A stretch of DNA of 64,000 bases. Origin: Mustelus asterias. Its lineage: Eukaryota. Below are positions 25,400 to 37,549 of this stretch, one piece after another. The translations under genes were made by a program, and so were the position numbers. The stretch is from positions 744,001-808,000 of the forward strand of contig NW_027590137.1 of NCBI RefSeq assembly GCF_964213995.1, written 5' to 3'. Position 1 is the stretch's first letter, and every line of letters starts with the position of its first letter. Below the pieces are notes generated by a model, which was given only the letters and a program-made list of their open reading frames with translations, had not been told where the DNA came from and made no database searches.

Positions 25400-25960
25400 A
25401 ACAAAGATGGCGACCGCGCATGCGCCGAGTTGCTAGTGCGCCGACTGAAGACGGCGACTGCGCACGCGCCGTGTTGCTCGTGCCCCGATGACGATGGCCC
25501 TGATTAACCCGGGTCTGTAACTGGGAGAATGCCGAGGCCCTGCTCTGCGCTGAGAGCTGGGACCATCCTCTGATATCGCTAGATTCTTTTTAAGAGATAG
25601 CAGTTTACGTAACATGTTTACGACGCCTCTCCAAACCCCCGCCTGGTCTATCGCGTCCTCCGCCCCGCCATTCCCACCTTTACTGATTGTGGATCCGAGA
25701 AAGAATGTCTCCACCGCCATGAATCACACTGCGCATGCTTCACTCAGCCCCGCCCCTCATTCACTCCGATTGGTCGGAGGACCAGCTGCTCCCTCGCGAC
25801 CGTCCAGCCTCCTCTCCCTCTATTGGCCCGGAACTGCCGTCAATCAGTCCCCGGGCATTGTGAGGTGTCGGGTGAGAGGTCAGTGCTGGGGGGGCGGGGT
25901 TTACAATGAACATTCTCCACTCTCCCTGTCCACCGCTTCCGGCTTCTCCCCACAAACCAT
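25400..25960. promoter_or_regulatory. CpG-rich, probably bidirectional promoter between ZNF-D (-) and ZNF-E (+)
   Basis: YY1-like AAGATGGCG ~25404, NRF1 GCGCATGCGC; 25740-25863 is an inverted homologue of 14720-14852. Confidence 0.75.
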
Positions 25961-26222
25961 CTCCAACAAAGAGAGAAGGGGACACACTGACCGAGTGACA
26001 ATGTCACTGCATTAGTAATCCAGAGAGACAGCACAATGTTCTGGGGACAGGGCTTCAAATCCATTCAATTAATACAATCTGCAATTTAAAGTTAGTCTCA
26101 GTGAGGGTGACTGAGGCTCCTCTGCGAAAATCTCCACACATTCCATTCTGGGCACAAGATTCAGATTCCTGTTTTGTCACAAGGTATGAATGAAATTATG
26201 TTCAGTTTGTTATTTTTGTTAA

Positions 26223-26565
26223 ATCATAGAAACCCTACAGTGCAGAAAGAGGCCATTCGGCCCATCGAGTCTACACCGACCACAATCCCACCCAGGCCCT
26301 ACCCCCATATCCCTACATATTTTTACCCGCTAATCCCTCTAATCTATGCATCCCAGGACACTAAGGGGCAATTTTTAGCATGGCCAATCAACCTAACCCG
26401 CACACCTTTGGACTGTGGGAGGAAACCGGAGCACCCGGAGGAAACCCACGCAGACACGAGGAGAATGTGCAAACTCCACACAGACAGTGACCCAAGCCGG
26501 GAATCGAACCCAGGTCCCTGGAGCTGTGAAGCAGCAGTGCTAACCACTCTGCTACCGTGCCGCCC
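26223..26565 (-). mobile_element. HE1-type SINE (young, CR1-like tail)
   Basis: Near-identical to copies at 36853, 41628, 53870. Confidence 0.92.
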
Positions 26566-26610
26566 TTAAAATTGGGTTTTTTTGTTAAATTTGTCAAAAA
26601 TTTGACAAAT

Positions 26611-26900
26611 GGTACAGTGGTTAGCACTGCTGCTTTTCAGCGTCAGGGACCTGGGTTCGTTTCCCAGATTGGGTCTGTGTGGAGTTTGCATGTCCTCCCC
26701 GTGTCTGCGTTGGGTTTCCTCCGGGTGCTCCGGTTTCCTCCCACAATCTGAAAAATGTGCTGGTTAGGTGCATTGGCCGTGCTAAATTCTCTCTCAGTGT
26801 ACCCGAACAGACGCTGGAGTGTGGCGACTCGGGGATTTTCATGGTAACTTCATTGCGGTGTTAATGTAAGCCTACTTGTGACTAATAAATGGACTTTACT
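26611..26900 (+). mobile_element. HE1-like SINE, alternative tail
   Basis: Head plus central motif plus ..TAATGTAAGCCTACTTGTGACTAATAAA tail. Confidence 0.85.
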
Positions 26901-27487
26901 TTAAAAGGATCTGGAAAAAATTATCTAAAACTTAATTTGGATATCCAGAGAGTGTGTGGGACGGGAATTTACAGATTTGGGGGAACAAGAGAGGATAAAA
27001 TGTTCCAGAGAAACTAGAATTACCTGTTCAGAGTTTCTGTCCTGGACTGACATTTGGTTACATTTGTAAACCCCATTGACAGAATATTAGAAGCTGAGGA
27101 TTTGTGGAGAAAATATTTAATTAAGGATCAATTCAGGGTCAAAGTCATTTGGGGGATGAAAGTGAAAAATATTCCACCAAATGAGAACTGTCTGTTCTGA
27201 ATTTCTATCTTGTACTGACAGTGATGACTTTTTAAACTCCTTTATCAGGTTATTAGAAGCAGAGGATTTGGAGATAGGAAATGCAAACCAAACATCGCAT
27301 CAACATCTGATACTCAATGAATCAGAGTGTGAGTATCATTGGCCTTTGAATGTGGAGGGAAGATTGTTTTAACAAGTTGCATAGCCTTTAAAACATTTCA
27401 ACATTTGAAGCAGATAGAATCCACATGTACTGTGTATGAGGCTTGAACTGATCAACCAACCTGGAGAGAAACAAGGATACCAGCCCC

Positions 27488-28162
27488 ACAGAGAAACCGT
27501 GTAAATGTGGGGATTGTGGAAAGGGATTCAAGTATCCATCCCTGCTGGAAATTCATCGACGCAGTCACACTGGAGAGAAACCATTCACCTGCTCTGTATG
27601 TGGGAAGGGATTCACTCAGTCAACCACTCTGCTGAGACACCAGCGATTTCACACAGGGGAGAGACCGTTCCCCTGTTGTGTGTGTGGGAAGGGATTCACT
27701 CAGTCATCTGAGCTTCTGATACACTGGAGAGTTCATACTGGAGAGAAGCCATTCACCTGCTCTGTTTGTGGGAGGGGATTCACTCAGTTATCCCAGCTGC
27801 TGACACACCAGCGTGTTCACACTAGGGAGAGGCCATTCACCTGCCCTGTGTGTGAGAAGCGATTCACTAATTCATCAAACCTGCTTACACACCAGCGAGT
27901 TCACACTGGCGAGAGACCATTCGTTTGTTCCATGTGTGAGAAAGGATTCACAACTTCATCCAACCTTTTGACACACCAGCGAATTCACACCCGGGAGAGG
28001 CCATTCACCTGTCCAGTGTGTGCAAGGGGATTCAGTCAGCTAGCCCACCTGCTGACACACCAGCAAGTTCACACCCGGGAGAGGCCATTCACCTGTTCAG
28101 TGTGTGCGAGGGGATTCAGTCAGCTAGCCCAGCTGCTGACACACCAGCAAGTTCACAAGTGA
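27488..28162 (+). pseudogene. C2H2 zinc-finger ORF, 8 fingers, family start codon replaced by ACA (ZNF-E)
   Basis: Frame open from TGA 27449-27451 to 28162; ACA-GAG-AAA-CCG where paralogues have ATG-GAG-AAA-CC. Confidence 0.7.
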
Positions 28163-28789
28163 CTGAAGGGTTTGGATTCCACTGATGTTGCTGGCGTTCA
28201 CTGTACCCAGGACTGAACCGTGTTCATTCTGACAATTCAGGTTTGTCTCTCTGATGTTACCAACCATAGTTCTGGCTGGAGTTTAAGATTCTAGTTAGTT
28301 TGCTGATTGTGTTCCTGGGCCTGCAGCCTCCCTTTAAGAATATGTGTCTGTGATCATTCCCCTGAATTCAGAGAATTCCACCAGCAATCAGTTTGCCACA
28401 AATATTGAACTTTTACTTCAATCCTAAATTGATCTTTGATTCAAACTCGACAATTCAGTGTCTGAGAGGTTCCACTGATGAACATCTCCAATTAGAAAGT
28501 GCTGATTAATCCTTGCTGACAATTCTTACTGACCTGCGCGTTACACACAGCGACACCTCCATTATCCCCCAGAAAGAAGGGGAATGGGAATTGGTGGAGA
28601 ATCAAGCGTTCCCAAATGTTACCCCTCCCGTCTGGTACAGAAATCCCCTCGGCTCGGGAATGAAGACAGGTCCAATTGAAATAACAAACTTGTGTATATC
28701 TTTCATGAAAAAGGGGCTACAAAATCATCAGATAGGAGAGATTGGTATCAATCTTATTGAGTAAACAAGTAAACTAAATCGAATTAACT

Positions 28790-29010
28790 GAGGAGAGGGG
28801 ATTGGTGTCAGTGACTGTGGAGTTTACATCAGTCAGCAGGAGATTGGTGTCAGTGTGGAGATTTATATCAGACAGGAGGAGATTGGTGTCAGTGTGGGGT
28901 TTATATCAGACAGGAGGAGATTGGTGTCAGTGACTGTGGGGTTTATATCAGACAGGAGGAGATTGGTGTAGGTGACTGTGTGTGTGTGTGTGTGTGTGGG
29001 GGGGGGGGGG
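28790..29010. repeat. Minisatellite (~36-41 bp unit AGGAGATTGGTGTCAGTG..TTTATATCAGAC, ~5 copies) ending in (TG)n and G-run
   Basis: Directly visible tandem units. Confidence 0.85.
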
Positions 29011-29041
29011 GAATGCCGGGGGGCCTGGCCAGGCTGGCGGC

Positions 29042-30000
29042 CTTGGCGAGATGTTCGTCTTCATCAATGACATGTTGAAGGCTCTGGAGGAGATGTCGTA
29101 GCTTCTCCGCATCTCCTCCAGAGCCTTCAACATGTCATTGATGAAGACGAAGATCTTGCCAAGTCCACACCCCCACTTCTTGCCTTCAAACAACCGCACA
29201 ACCTCAAACAGATCATTGTCCGCAGCAAACTACCCAGCCTTCAGGAGAACAGTGACCATGACACCACACAACCCTGGTACAGCAACCTCTGCAAGACGTG
29301 CCGGATCATTGACACGGATGCCATCATCTCACGTGAGAACACCATCCACCAGGTACATGGTACATACTCTTGCAACTCGGCCAACGTTGTCTACCTGATA
29401 CGCTGCAGGAAAGGATGTCCCGAGGCATGGTACATTGGGAAAACCATGACGCTACGCTACGACAATGGATGAATGAACACCGCTCGACAATCACCAGGCA
29501 AGACTGTTCTCTTCCTGTTGGGGAGCACTTCAGCGGTCACGGGCATTCAGCCTCTGATATTCGGGTAAGCGTTCTCCGAGGCGGCCTTCACGACACACGA
29601 CGGCGCAGAGTCGCTGAGCAGAAACTGATAGCCAAGTTCCGCACACATGAGGACGGCCTCAACCGGGATATTGCGTTCATGTCACACGATCTGTAATCCC
29701 CACAGCCTGCCTGGACTTGCGGAATTTCACTGGCTGTCCTGTCTGGAGACAATAGACATCTCTTTGACCTGTCTTGGTGCTCTCTCCACTCACATTGTTT
29801 GTACCTTTAAGACTTGATTAGCTGTAAGTATTCGCATTCCAACCATTATTCTGTAAATTGAGTTTGTGTCTTTATATGCCCTGTTTGTGAACAGAATTCC
29901 CACTCACCTGAAGAAGGGGCTTGGAGCTCTGAAAGCTTGTGTGGCTTTTGCTACCAAATAAACCTGTTGGACTTTAACCTGGTGTCGTTAAACTTCTTAA
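29042..30000 (+). mobile_element. Penelope-like element: GIY-YIG endonuclease region plus 3' terminus, 5'-truncated with inversion
   Basis: ANVVYLIRCRKGCPEAWYIG..(frameshift)..LRQWMNEHR..PVGEHF..EQKLIAKFRTHEDGLNRD; hairpin 29042-29163; hammerhead motif 29901-29944. Confidence 0.9.
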
Positions 30001-31018
30001 CAACCCTACAACTGGCTGAAGTTTAATAATCTGGAGATGTCCCTTTTTAAAGGCACTATCTGTGATCTTTCAGCTGAATTAAAGAACTGTCAACAGAAAC
30101 TTGGTTGCAATAAAATTATGAACTTTTTACTTCAATCCTAAATTGATCTTTGATGCAAAATCTACAACTCATTGTCTCCCAAAGGTGATGGGTTCCCATC
30201 AAGTGGAGGTGACTTTTCCAGCTCAGGTACATTCACAGGATGGAGGAAGGTCACTCCAGCAGCTCAGCAACAAGAGCCAACACTGAAAACAACAACCCAC
30301 AACCAGACCTGAGAACCGCTTCACTCGTGGCAAAACCTGCCCCTCACGGATTGGTCCCTTCAGCCATCAGTAACAGTGAAGCAGAGGGTGCGTGGGCCTT
30401 CAGAGTCTCAGTGACCAGGAGAGAAAACAATTCTGCACAGAGGGGCCTGAGAGCTGAACCCAGACAGAGTGGAGGGAGGGAGAAAACTGAGTGGAGAAAA
30501 GAATTGGTGGAGAGGGTGAGATGGGTTTGGATTTCAGCCCAGGGAGGGGGGAGAGTGTGTGAGATGGGGATTTACAGATTTGGGGGAAACGAGAGGAAAA
30601 AATGTTCCAAAAACAAAACTAGAATGATCTGTTCAGAATTTCTATCCTGGACTGACCGTGATTAATTTTGTAAACTCTTTTTCCAGGTATTAACAAGAGA
30701 AAGATTTGTAGATGCAAAACTCAAAACAAACATTTTGGTTTGAGTCACTCGACCATTCATCAATCTGTGAATGTGGAAGGAGAAATGTTTATCTCTTGAA
30801 GATTTTAAACATCGTGCAACTGGAAAAACACCGAGACACACACACACACCCGAGTGAGAGTGTTCCAGTGAACTGACTGTGGAAAGAGCTTTAACCAGTG
30901 ACACAGCCTGAGAAAACATCACACCATTCACAGCAGGGAGAAACTGTACATGTGTTATCTGCATGGACGAGGTTTCAACTGATCATCTAACCTGGAGAGA
31001 CACAAGGACACTGGCACC

Positions 31019-31819
31019 ATGGAGAAACCTTGGAAATGTGGGGAGTGTGGTAAAGGATTCAAGTCTTTATTCCGGCTGGAAATCCATCAACGCAGTCACA
31101 CCGGGGAGAAGCCATTCGTCTGTTCTGTGTGTGGGAAGGGATTTACCAAGACAACCTACCTGATGTTACACCAGAGAATTCACACTGAGGAGAGGCCCTT
31201 CAGCTGCACTCACTGTGGGAAGAGGTTCAACAGCACATCCAGCCTCGCTACACACCAGCGGATTCACACTGGGGAGAAGCCGTTCACCTGCTCCGTGTGC
31301 GGTGAGAGATTCACTCGGTCATCCAGCCTTTGGACACATCAGCGAATTCACACTGAGGAGAAACCGTTCAGCTGCACTTCCTGTGGAAAGAGTTTTGGAC
31401 AGTCATCCACCCTGAATGCTCACCAACGCACTCACACCGGGGAGAGACCATTCACCTGCTCCATATGTGGGAAGAAATTCTCTCAGTCATTCGATCTGGT
31501 GAGACACCAGCGACTTCACACCGGGGAGAGACCATTCACCTGCTCGGTGTGTGGGAAGGGATTCGCTCGGTTATTCACCCTCCAGTCCCACCACCGCACT
31601 CACACTCAGGAGAATCCATTCAGCTGCAGTACCTGTGGAAAGAGTTTCAAGCAGTCATCCAACCTTCTGACTCACCGACGCACTCACTCTGGGGAGAGGC
31701 CTTTCACCTGCTCCTTGTGTGGAAAGACATTCACAAGGTCCTCCAGCCTGCTGAGACACCAGCAAATTCATAATAGACTGCAAGGATTGGATTCTGCTTT
31801 TAATCACAGCCAGGATTGA
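31019..31819 (+). CDS. Tandem C2H2 zinc-finger protein, 9 fingers (ZNF-F)
   Basis: MEKPWKCGEC start, 9 intact fingers; candidate acceptor TTCCAG ~30686. Confidence 0.9.
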   Translation: MEKPWKCGECGKGFKSLFRLEIHQRSHTGEKPFVCSVCGKGFTKTTYLMLHQRIHTEERPFSCTHCGKRFNSTSSLATHQRIHTGEKPFTCSVCGERFTRSSSLWTHQRIHTEEKPFSCTSCGKSFGQSSTLNAHQRTHTGERPFTCSICGKKFSQSFDLVRHQRLHTGERPFTCSVCGKGFARLFTLQSHHRTHTQENPFSCSTCGKSFKQSSNLLTHRRTHSGERPFTCSLCGKTFTRSSSLLRHQQIHNRLQGLDSAFNHSQD

Positions 31820-32317
31820 TAGTCTGACAATATTGGTTCGATTTTGCTGATATTAACATCCCTATAAGTAGCTGGAGTTTAATATTCTGGAGATGTCACT
31901 GATTTTCGGAGCTGCAATGTCCCTTTTTAAAAACGCCTTCTGTGATCTTTCCCCTAAATTCAAGAATCCTTAACAAGAACCTGTTCAACATAAAATGATG
32001 AACTTTACTTCAATCCTAAATTAATCTTTGATGCAAATCAGTGTGTGAGAGGTTCCACTGATTAACATCTCCAATTAGAAAGTCCTGATTAATCCTTGCT
32101 GACAATTCTGACTGATGTCTTCACAGTGACACGTACATTATGAAATTAAATATGAAGGAACATAAACAAAATAGTGAAATATTATACAGGCACAGTTAAA
32201 TCTTACATAAAATCCTTAACAATCAATATTGAAGTTGATGAAACTTGGAGGTCTCTGAGTTCACTCATTTCTGACACAGCAGCAGCAGTTTCACGATCTT
32301 GCGATTAAAGTAATACA

Positions 32318-32582
32318 ATAAACAAAGAACAAAGAACAAAGAACAATACAGCACAGGAACAGGCCCTTCGGCCCTCCAAGCCCGCGCCGCTCCCCGGTCC
32401 AGGATTGAATCCTGAATCCAGGATCCCCGCCCAATTTTCCAGCCTATCTACATACCAATATCCTATCCACCGAGCTGTCCCTCACAGCTACGATGCTTTG
32501 TTCATTACAACCTATTAACTCACCCCCACCCCCCCATTCCAGACCATGTGATCTCCAGGGAGAGGCGAAAACCCAGAGTGAA
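32318..32582 (-). mobile_element. Young 5'-truncated CR1 3' UTR copy (same subfamily as 62720-64000)
   Basis: (AAAGAAC)n tail; almost identical to ~62725-62968. Confidence 0.85.
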
Positions 32583-32888
32583 TATCACCATCTGCTGGCG
32601 ACGTGCACTTACGGCAGGCGCTGGCATCTGTGAGTCTCGGGGAAGTTCAGTCACTGGACGGTTGGAACTGGCATCCGGTTGATGAAGTGCCAAAATTGAA
32701 TAACATTGTTCATTCCCTGTTGCAAACTTTCATTCCTAACATTGGAATGAAAGTTTGCAACAGGTTCTTGGGTGGCGCGTTCGCCCATTTGTCACCAGGC
32801 ACCGTATAAGAATTTTGTTCCCCATTCCCCATGGGAGATATTGTCTGGAGTTGCAGTTCGGGATTATTGTGTGCATTAGTATTTAAAA

Positions 32889-33085
32889 TAAATATTTATT
32901 GAAGATCTATAACACTGGAAATACGTTTCCAGATCTAGCGGAAAGATTTTCTTGCTGTTTTGCGCAAAGGAAATAAAACTGTTCTTTTTAATGTTGCCGG
33001 GATGCTTCTCTCTGACACCGCCGTGTATCACTGTGCCACGGAGCCCACACTGCTGCAGAGATAGAGCGGATCCCGGACAACAACC
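32889..33085 (+). pseudogene. TCR alpha/delta-like V pseudogene, 3' half only, with RSS (V0)
   Basis: KYLLKIYNTG..AERF(frameshift)..LSDTAVYHCATE; heptamer CACACTG 33046-33052, 24-nt spacer, nonamer ACAACAACC 33077-33085. Confidence 0.75.
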
Positions 33086-33111
33086 CCACACATGGGAGTT
33101 CCAGTTAGGTA

Positions 33112-33125
33112 CCACCAGAGGGCGC
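33112..33125 (+). promoter_or_regulatory. CTCF motif
   Basis: CCACCAGAGGGCGC matches the CTCF core consensus. Confidence 0.6.
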
Positions 33126-33901
33126 TCTTACGCTGATAAACAGAACCAATAATTCACTCTCCATGTGAGTCACAGGGACCTTCCCAAGATATCAGAAAAA
33201 AAACACAACCTCAACAAGAGGTGAGCAACATTTGAGGAGTTATATTAGTTTATTTTAACTTGCATTTGTGCTATCGCCGATCTTCTTAAATCTATTCCAT
33301 TTTGTTAGTTCAGTTGTTGCCCTTGGATGAAGTTTCCGTGTCTCTAATATTGAGCAACTCGATCCCCATCTCCCCAGACAGTTTCTGAAGTCTATTACCG
33401 CGGCCTGGTCACTGGGTTTATTTGATCCGAGAGATGTGCTGCTTCCGAGAAAGTGTAGACACAATGAAGAAATTTCACAATGAAGTGACTGTGATCATTT
33501 AAATAGACATTGAGCACAGAATTCCCCCAATGACCAGTGAACTTCAGAATGTTTCCGTAATGCTGTTTTGTTACTATAAGCAACCCAGAATTTGCAGCTG
33601 CTAATTAACAGAGCAGGGTTTCATCCCCGCAACCCCATCCGGAAAAGTGCACCCGTTCCCCTATCGAGGTGCTGAAATCAGCTCGGCTCGAGGGATTTCC
33701 TTTCGATATCAGCCAGTTCACAACTGAGAGATCTCACAGATTCATAGAGACACAATGATTGAAGTGGCAGGATACTGGACACACTTGGACTGATCACAGG
33801 TTAATGAGCAATCTTGCATAACTGACAGTCACATTATGGCTGCATCTGCCCGCGATTCTGAGCAACCCGCAGCAGACAGGATTTTCAACCTATAGTTAAA
33901 G

Positions 33902-34395
33902 GCAGTTTTTTCAGGGGTCACACTGCTTTCCATCACTGTGAGTTTCAGCGAGAGCGCAGTAATACAAGGCAGCGTCAGTCAGCTGCAGACCCCAGATGGT
34001 CAAACTGGTAAATTTACTCCATGCCTGAAGTTCTCCAGAGAAACGGCTTTGAGCGAAATCTGCTACATCGTCACCAAACATCGAGTTCTTCCCCACTGTA
34101 ACACAGGGTGTTGCCGGTACCAGTGTAAATTGTAGTTGCTCATTGTAGTATCATAGGTACAGTTTAAAGTCACAGTTTTTCCTTCTGTCTGTTATTCTGA
34201 GGACAGCGACTGAGTAACAATCTCCATGACCCAGATCTGAAAAACATGTTCGAACGGAAACAGATCAGACCGACTGAATCCGTAAAATTCAGTTCAAAAA
34301 CAAATTTGTAAAATTAAAGTAAATATGAAATGCGTTTGGTCCATAATTCCCTGTCAGGAATGTTCCCGCACAATCCAGAAGCTGAGTAGCAGCAT
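33902..34395 (-). pseudogene. TCR delta/alpha-like V pseudogene with decayed leader and RSS (V1)
   Basis: Leader MLLLSFWIV from 34395; VTQSLSSE*QTEGKTVTLNCTYDTT..LHWYRQ, frameshift, DFAQSRFSG..LQLTDAALYYCALAET; CACAGTG 33940-33934, nonamer-like GAAAAAACT after a 21-nt spacer. Confidence 0.85.
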
Positions 34396-34908
34396 CGTTG
34401 TTGTCTGCTCTGTAAAAGTGGAGTTGGATATTTGAAGACACCCTTTCCAAACTTCACCCTGTATATTTTGCTGTCGTGTCTCGGAATGCTCTCACTGCAT
34501 TTCCCTGTATCCGCGGTGGTGCTGTGGAGTTGGTAGCTGATGAGCTGTCTGCCAGTGAATGGATTCACCCCGAGCTGGGTTCACTCAGTGTTCTGATAGG
34601 GCGAATGGTTTCCTAGTTAGACACGTGGGAAGAGATTTGTAACCGGAAACATGGGGTCACTGATGGGGTTTATTTATTCCGGCTTCAATTCTTCATCTCC
34701 GATTCCAGTAGAATCGATGCCAGTGAATGTGGGCGGATAAAACCCGAGTCTCAGCTTCTTTCATCAGTTCGACAGAGAGACGCCTCAGTTGGACACGAAG
34801 CAGGCGTTTGACTCCTTGTAAACTCTTCCGAATATTAAACCCAGGTCCTGGTTCCAATCTGAACTCCTTGGACAACTGCTTCAGCAGAAATTTCATGTGA
34901 TCTGAAAA

Positions 34909-35280
34909 ATGTTCCGAATTCACAGACTCTGTTTGCTGTGTTTCGCTCTGACCTGCACTGGGGTGACTGGAGCAGATGAGGTAATGCAGCTTCCTCGGCG
35001 GAAGGTTGTTAGTGAAGGGGGAACCGTATCCATGAACTGCACCACGACCACTACACTTAACAACATATATTGGTACAGACAGTCCCCGAATCAGCCACCC
35101 CAGTACCTGGTGATGGCCACAAGAGAAACCGATCAACGCGGGAGGATCACTGCCTCAATCGGCGGAGGCAGCAAATTCAGCGCCCTGACTGTGAGAGACG
35201 CCGGAGTTACAGACACTGCCACCTATCTCTGCGCCGTGAGCCACAGTGTGACAAACATAGGGTGAGCCCATACAAAAACC
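34909..35280 (+). CDS. TCR alpha-like V segment, intact, leader apparently fused in frame, perfect 23-RSS (V2)
   Basis: MFRIHRLCLLCFALTCTGVTGA-DEVMQ..VSMNC..IYWYRQ..DTATYLCAVS; CACAGTG 35242-35248, 23 nt, ACAAAAACC 35272-35280. Confidence 0.92.
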
Positions 35281-36742
35281 TGCACAGACTGCGAGAGCAA
35301 GTCTGCTGAGTCCGGAGTATCGGCAGAGTGAATGGAATTATAAAAAGTCCATTAACAAAGGAAATGAGCGCAACACAAAATAAAATATAGAATCTAATTA
35401 TTAAAATTCGGTCAGAAATGAAGAGAGATGAAAACAGAGATGGAGAAGAAGAAAGAAGGAAGATGTAAACCGCAATGAGCGAGCAGCAAATAGAAATAGA
35501 AAAGTTTAATCTTCATAGGAGAAGTGGACAGAAAATGAGGAAACCATCGAAAGGGAAATGGAAGAGACTGAAAAGCACTGATTTTGATGGACAGATTGAA
35601 GATCAGATTAAATCATTAACAAAGAGAAGCTTTAATAAAGCAGCGTGTGATTTTTCCAGAACATCAACATTTACTTGCTATTTCAATAGTTGAATGGTCT
35701 GAAACATGTCACCGAAAGACCGGCCACTGGAAATTGCCCTATCGGTAAATTTGGGCTTTGCTCATTATCCCGACTAGGAGATTTCACATTAACTTCATTG
35801 CAGTGTTAATCTAAGCTTCCTTGTGACATTGGTGAATAAATTTTGCAACAAAAACGGAGAACAAGCTACCGATGGTATTGAACAGATGCAGCACCTGAGG
35901 TTTATTAACAACGACGCAGATTTCAGAACACAAGCGGACACGTGTAACCCTGTACACATCATTGTTGAGGACACAGTTCAAACACTTGGATCTGTGCAGT
36001 GACTCTTCGTTCCTTTAGCGTTAATCTCAGACACAATGTGTAAGACAGACTGGGAAAGATGAAGTGGGGATGAGAGAGAGAGCACAGTGCTCAGCGGAGA
36101 CTTGAGCAACTGGGGACATTTTCAATGGAGCTGCAATTCTGTTCAGAAGTGGTTGGCAGACTTGTACCCAATCGGAGCAGGTTTGGAAAAGGTTGAAAAG
36201 GAACTGGTCTCTCAGTGCGTGACTGGATAGCGGTATTTCTGGTGATCTTTATTAAACGGAGGGAGAAGACTTTTGTGTTCTGTGCAGTCGGCTGCTAGAT
36301 GGTTCATGCTAAACTGTAATGGGGACAGAATCTATAAGTAATTTGCAGAGACAAGTGGATAAATATTTGACCAGCAAACTGAAATTTTAAGTATATAAGA
36401 TACATCGAATGCAATCTGCTGATAAAGAATAAGTGGGGAACCCATCAACAGAGACAGTACTTGAGCAATGAGCCGAATGGTCTCTGTTAGTGCTACAACT
36501 GTCTACGATTCTAAGATTATGAACGGCTCTTTTCATTTAGAAAGGCACCAGAGCACAGCCGTTATGAAACAATTTACTCTGTTGTTACACACAGGAAGCA
36601 GATAGTGGTGACACGGTGGCTCATCAGAGTGTAAAGCTCTCGCCCCTCCTTCCCCTCTCCACCACTCAGAGGCTAGGCCTCGGCTGCAAGTACCAGTCTA
36701 GAAATGAGACCCGGACTGATCCTCCTGGGCATCTTCATCAAC

Positions 36743-37549
36743 ATGGAGAAGAACACCCGCAAAAACCGCTTTCCAGTTGGGACTCTGATGCTATTGATAT
36801 TGTGTGAGTTTATTTTTCTATTATTCATTATTTCAACACTCTCTTCATATTATCATAGAAACCCTACAGTACAGAAAGAGGCCATTCGGCCCATCGAGTC
36901 TGCACCGACCACAACCCCACCCAGACCCTACCCCCATATCCCTACATATTTTACCCACTAATCTCTCTAACCTATACATCCCAGGACACTAAGGGGCAAT
37001 TTTAGCATGGCCAATCTACCTAATCTGCACATCTTTGGACTGTGGGAGGAAACCGGAGCACCCGGTTGGAAACCCATGCAGACACGAGGAGAATATGCAA
37101 ACTCCACACAGACAGTGACCCGAGCCGGGAATCGAACCCAGGTCCCTGGCGCTGTAAAGCAGCAGTGCTAACCACTGTGCTACCGTGCCGCCCCATGCGG
37201 TTTGTGAGTGATTTTCTTCTGTTCACAGCCGTTCAGTGTGAGGATCAGAGCTCCCACCCTGAGCAGATGGTGTCTCGGGAAAGGGAACAGTTTGAACTGA
37301 ATTGTCGGCTCTCCATTGGTCCAGACGTTACCGTACTCTGGTACAGACAAACACTGACATGGGCTCCGACATTGATCGCCTCCATTTACGATGGAAGTGC
37401 GACCAAAGGACGTTACACACTGTCCTTTGACCGAGTAAAGAATTCAAAAACCATCTGTATTGATGACACCTCGGTCCAGGACTCCGGAATGTATCTGTGC
37501 GTGAAGCAGACACAGTGAGACAAAGAGCGGATCCGGATGAACAATATCC
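36743..37549 (+). CDS. TCR alpha-like V segment with leader exon (36743-36803), V exon (37229-37510) and 23-RSS (V3)
   Basis: MEKNTRKNRFPVGTLMLLIL then GTGAGT phase-1 donor; TTCACAG acceptor 37228; LNC..LWYRQ..DSGMYLC; CACAGTG 37511-37517, 23 nt, ACAATATCC 37541-37549. Confidence 0.85.
36853..37194 (-). mobile_element. HE1-type SINE inside V3 leader intron
   Basis: Full head-to-tail SINE match. Confidence 0.9.

Noticed and set aside
28790-28975. Repeats of ~37 bp resembling a CRISPR array
   Set aside because: Tandem units without unique spacers, vertebrate context, no cas genes
30240-30665. 141-aa ORF upstream of ZNF-F as a candidate effector domain
   Set aside because: Runs through the conserved intron module and stops before the acceptor; no recognisable domain
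36083-36121. Isolated CACAGTG heptamer
   Set aside because: No nonamer at 12 or 23 nt and no V coding sequence upstream
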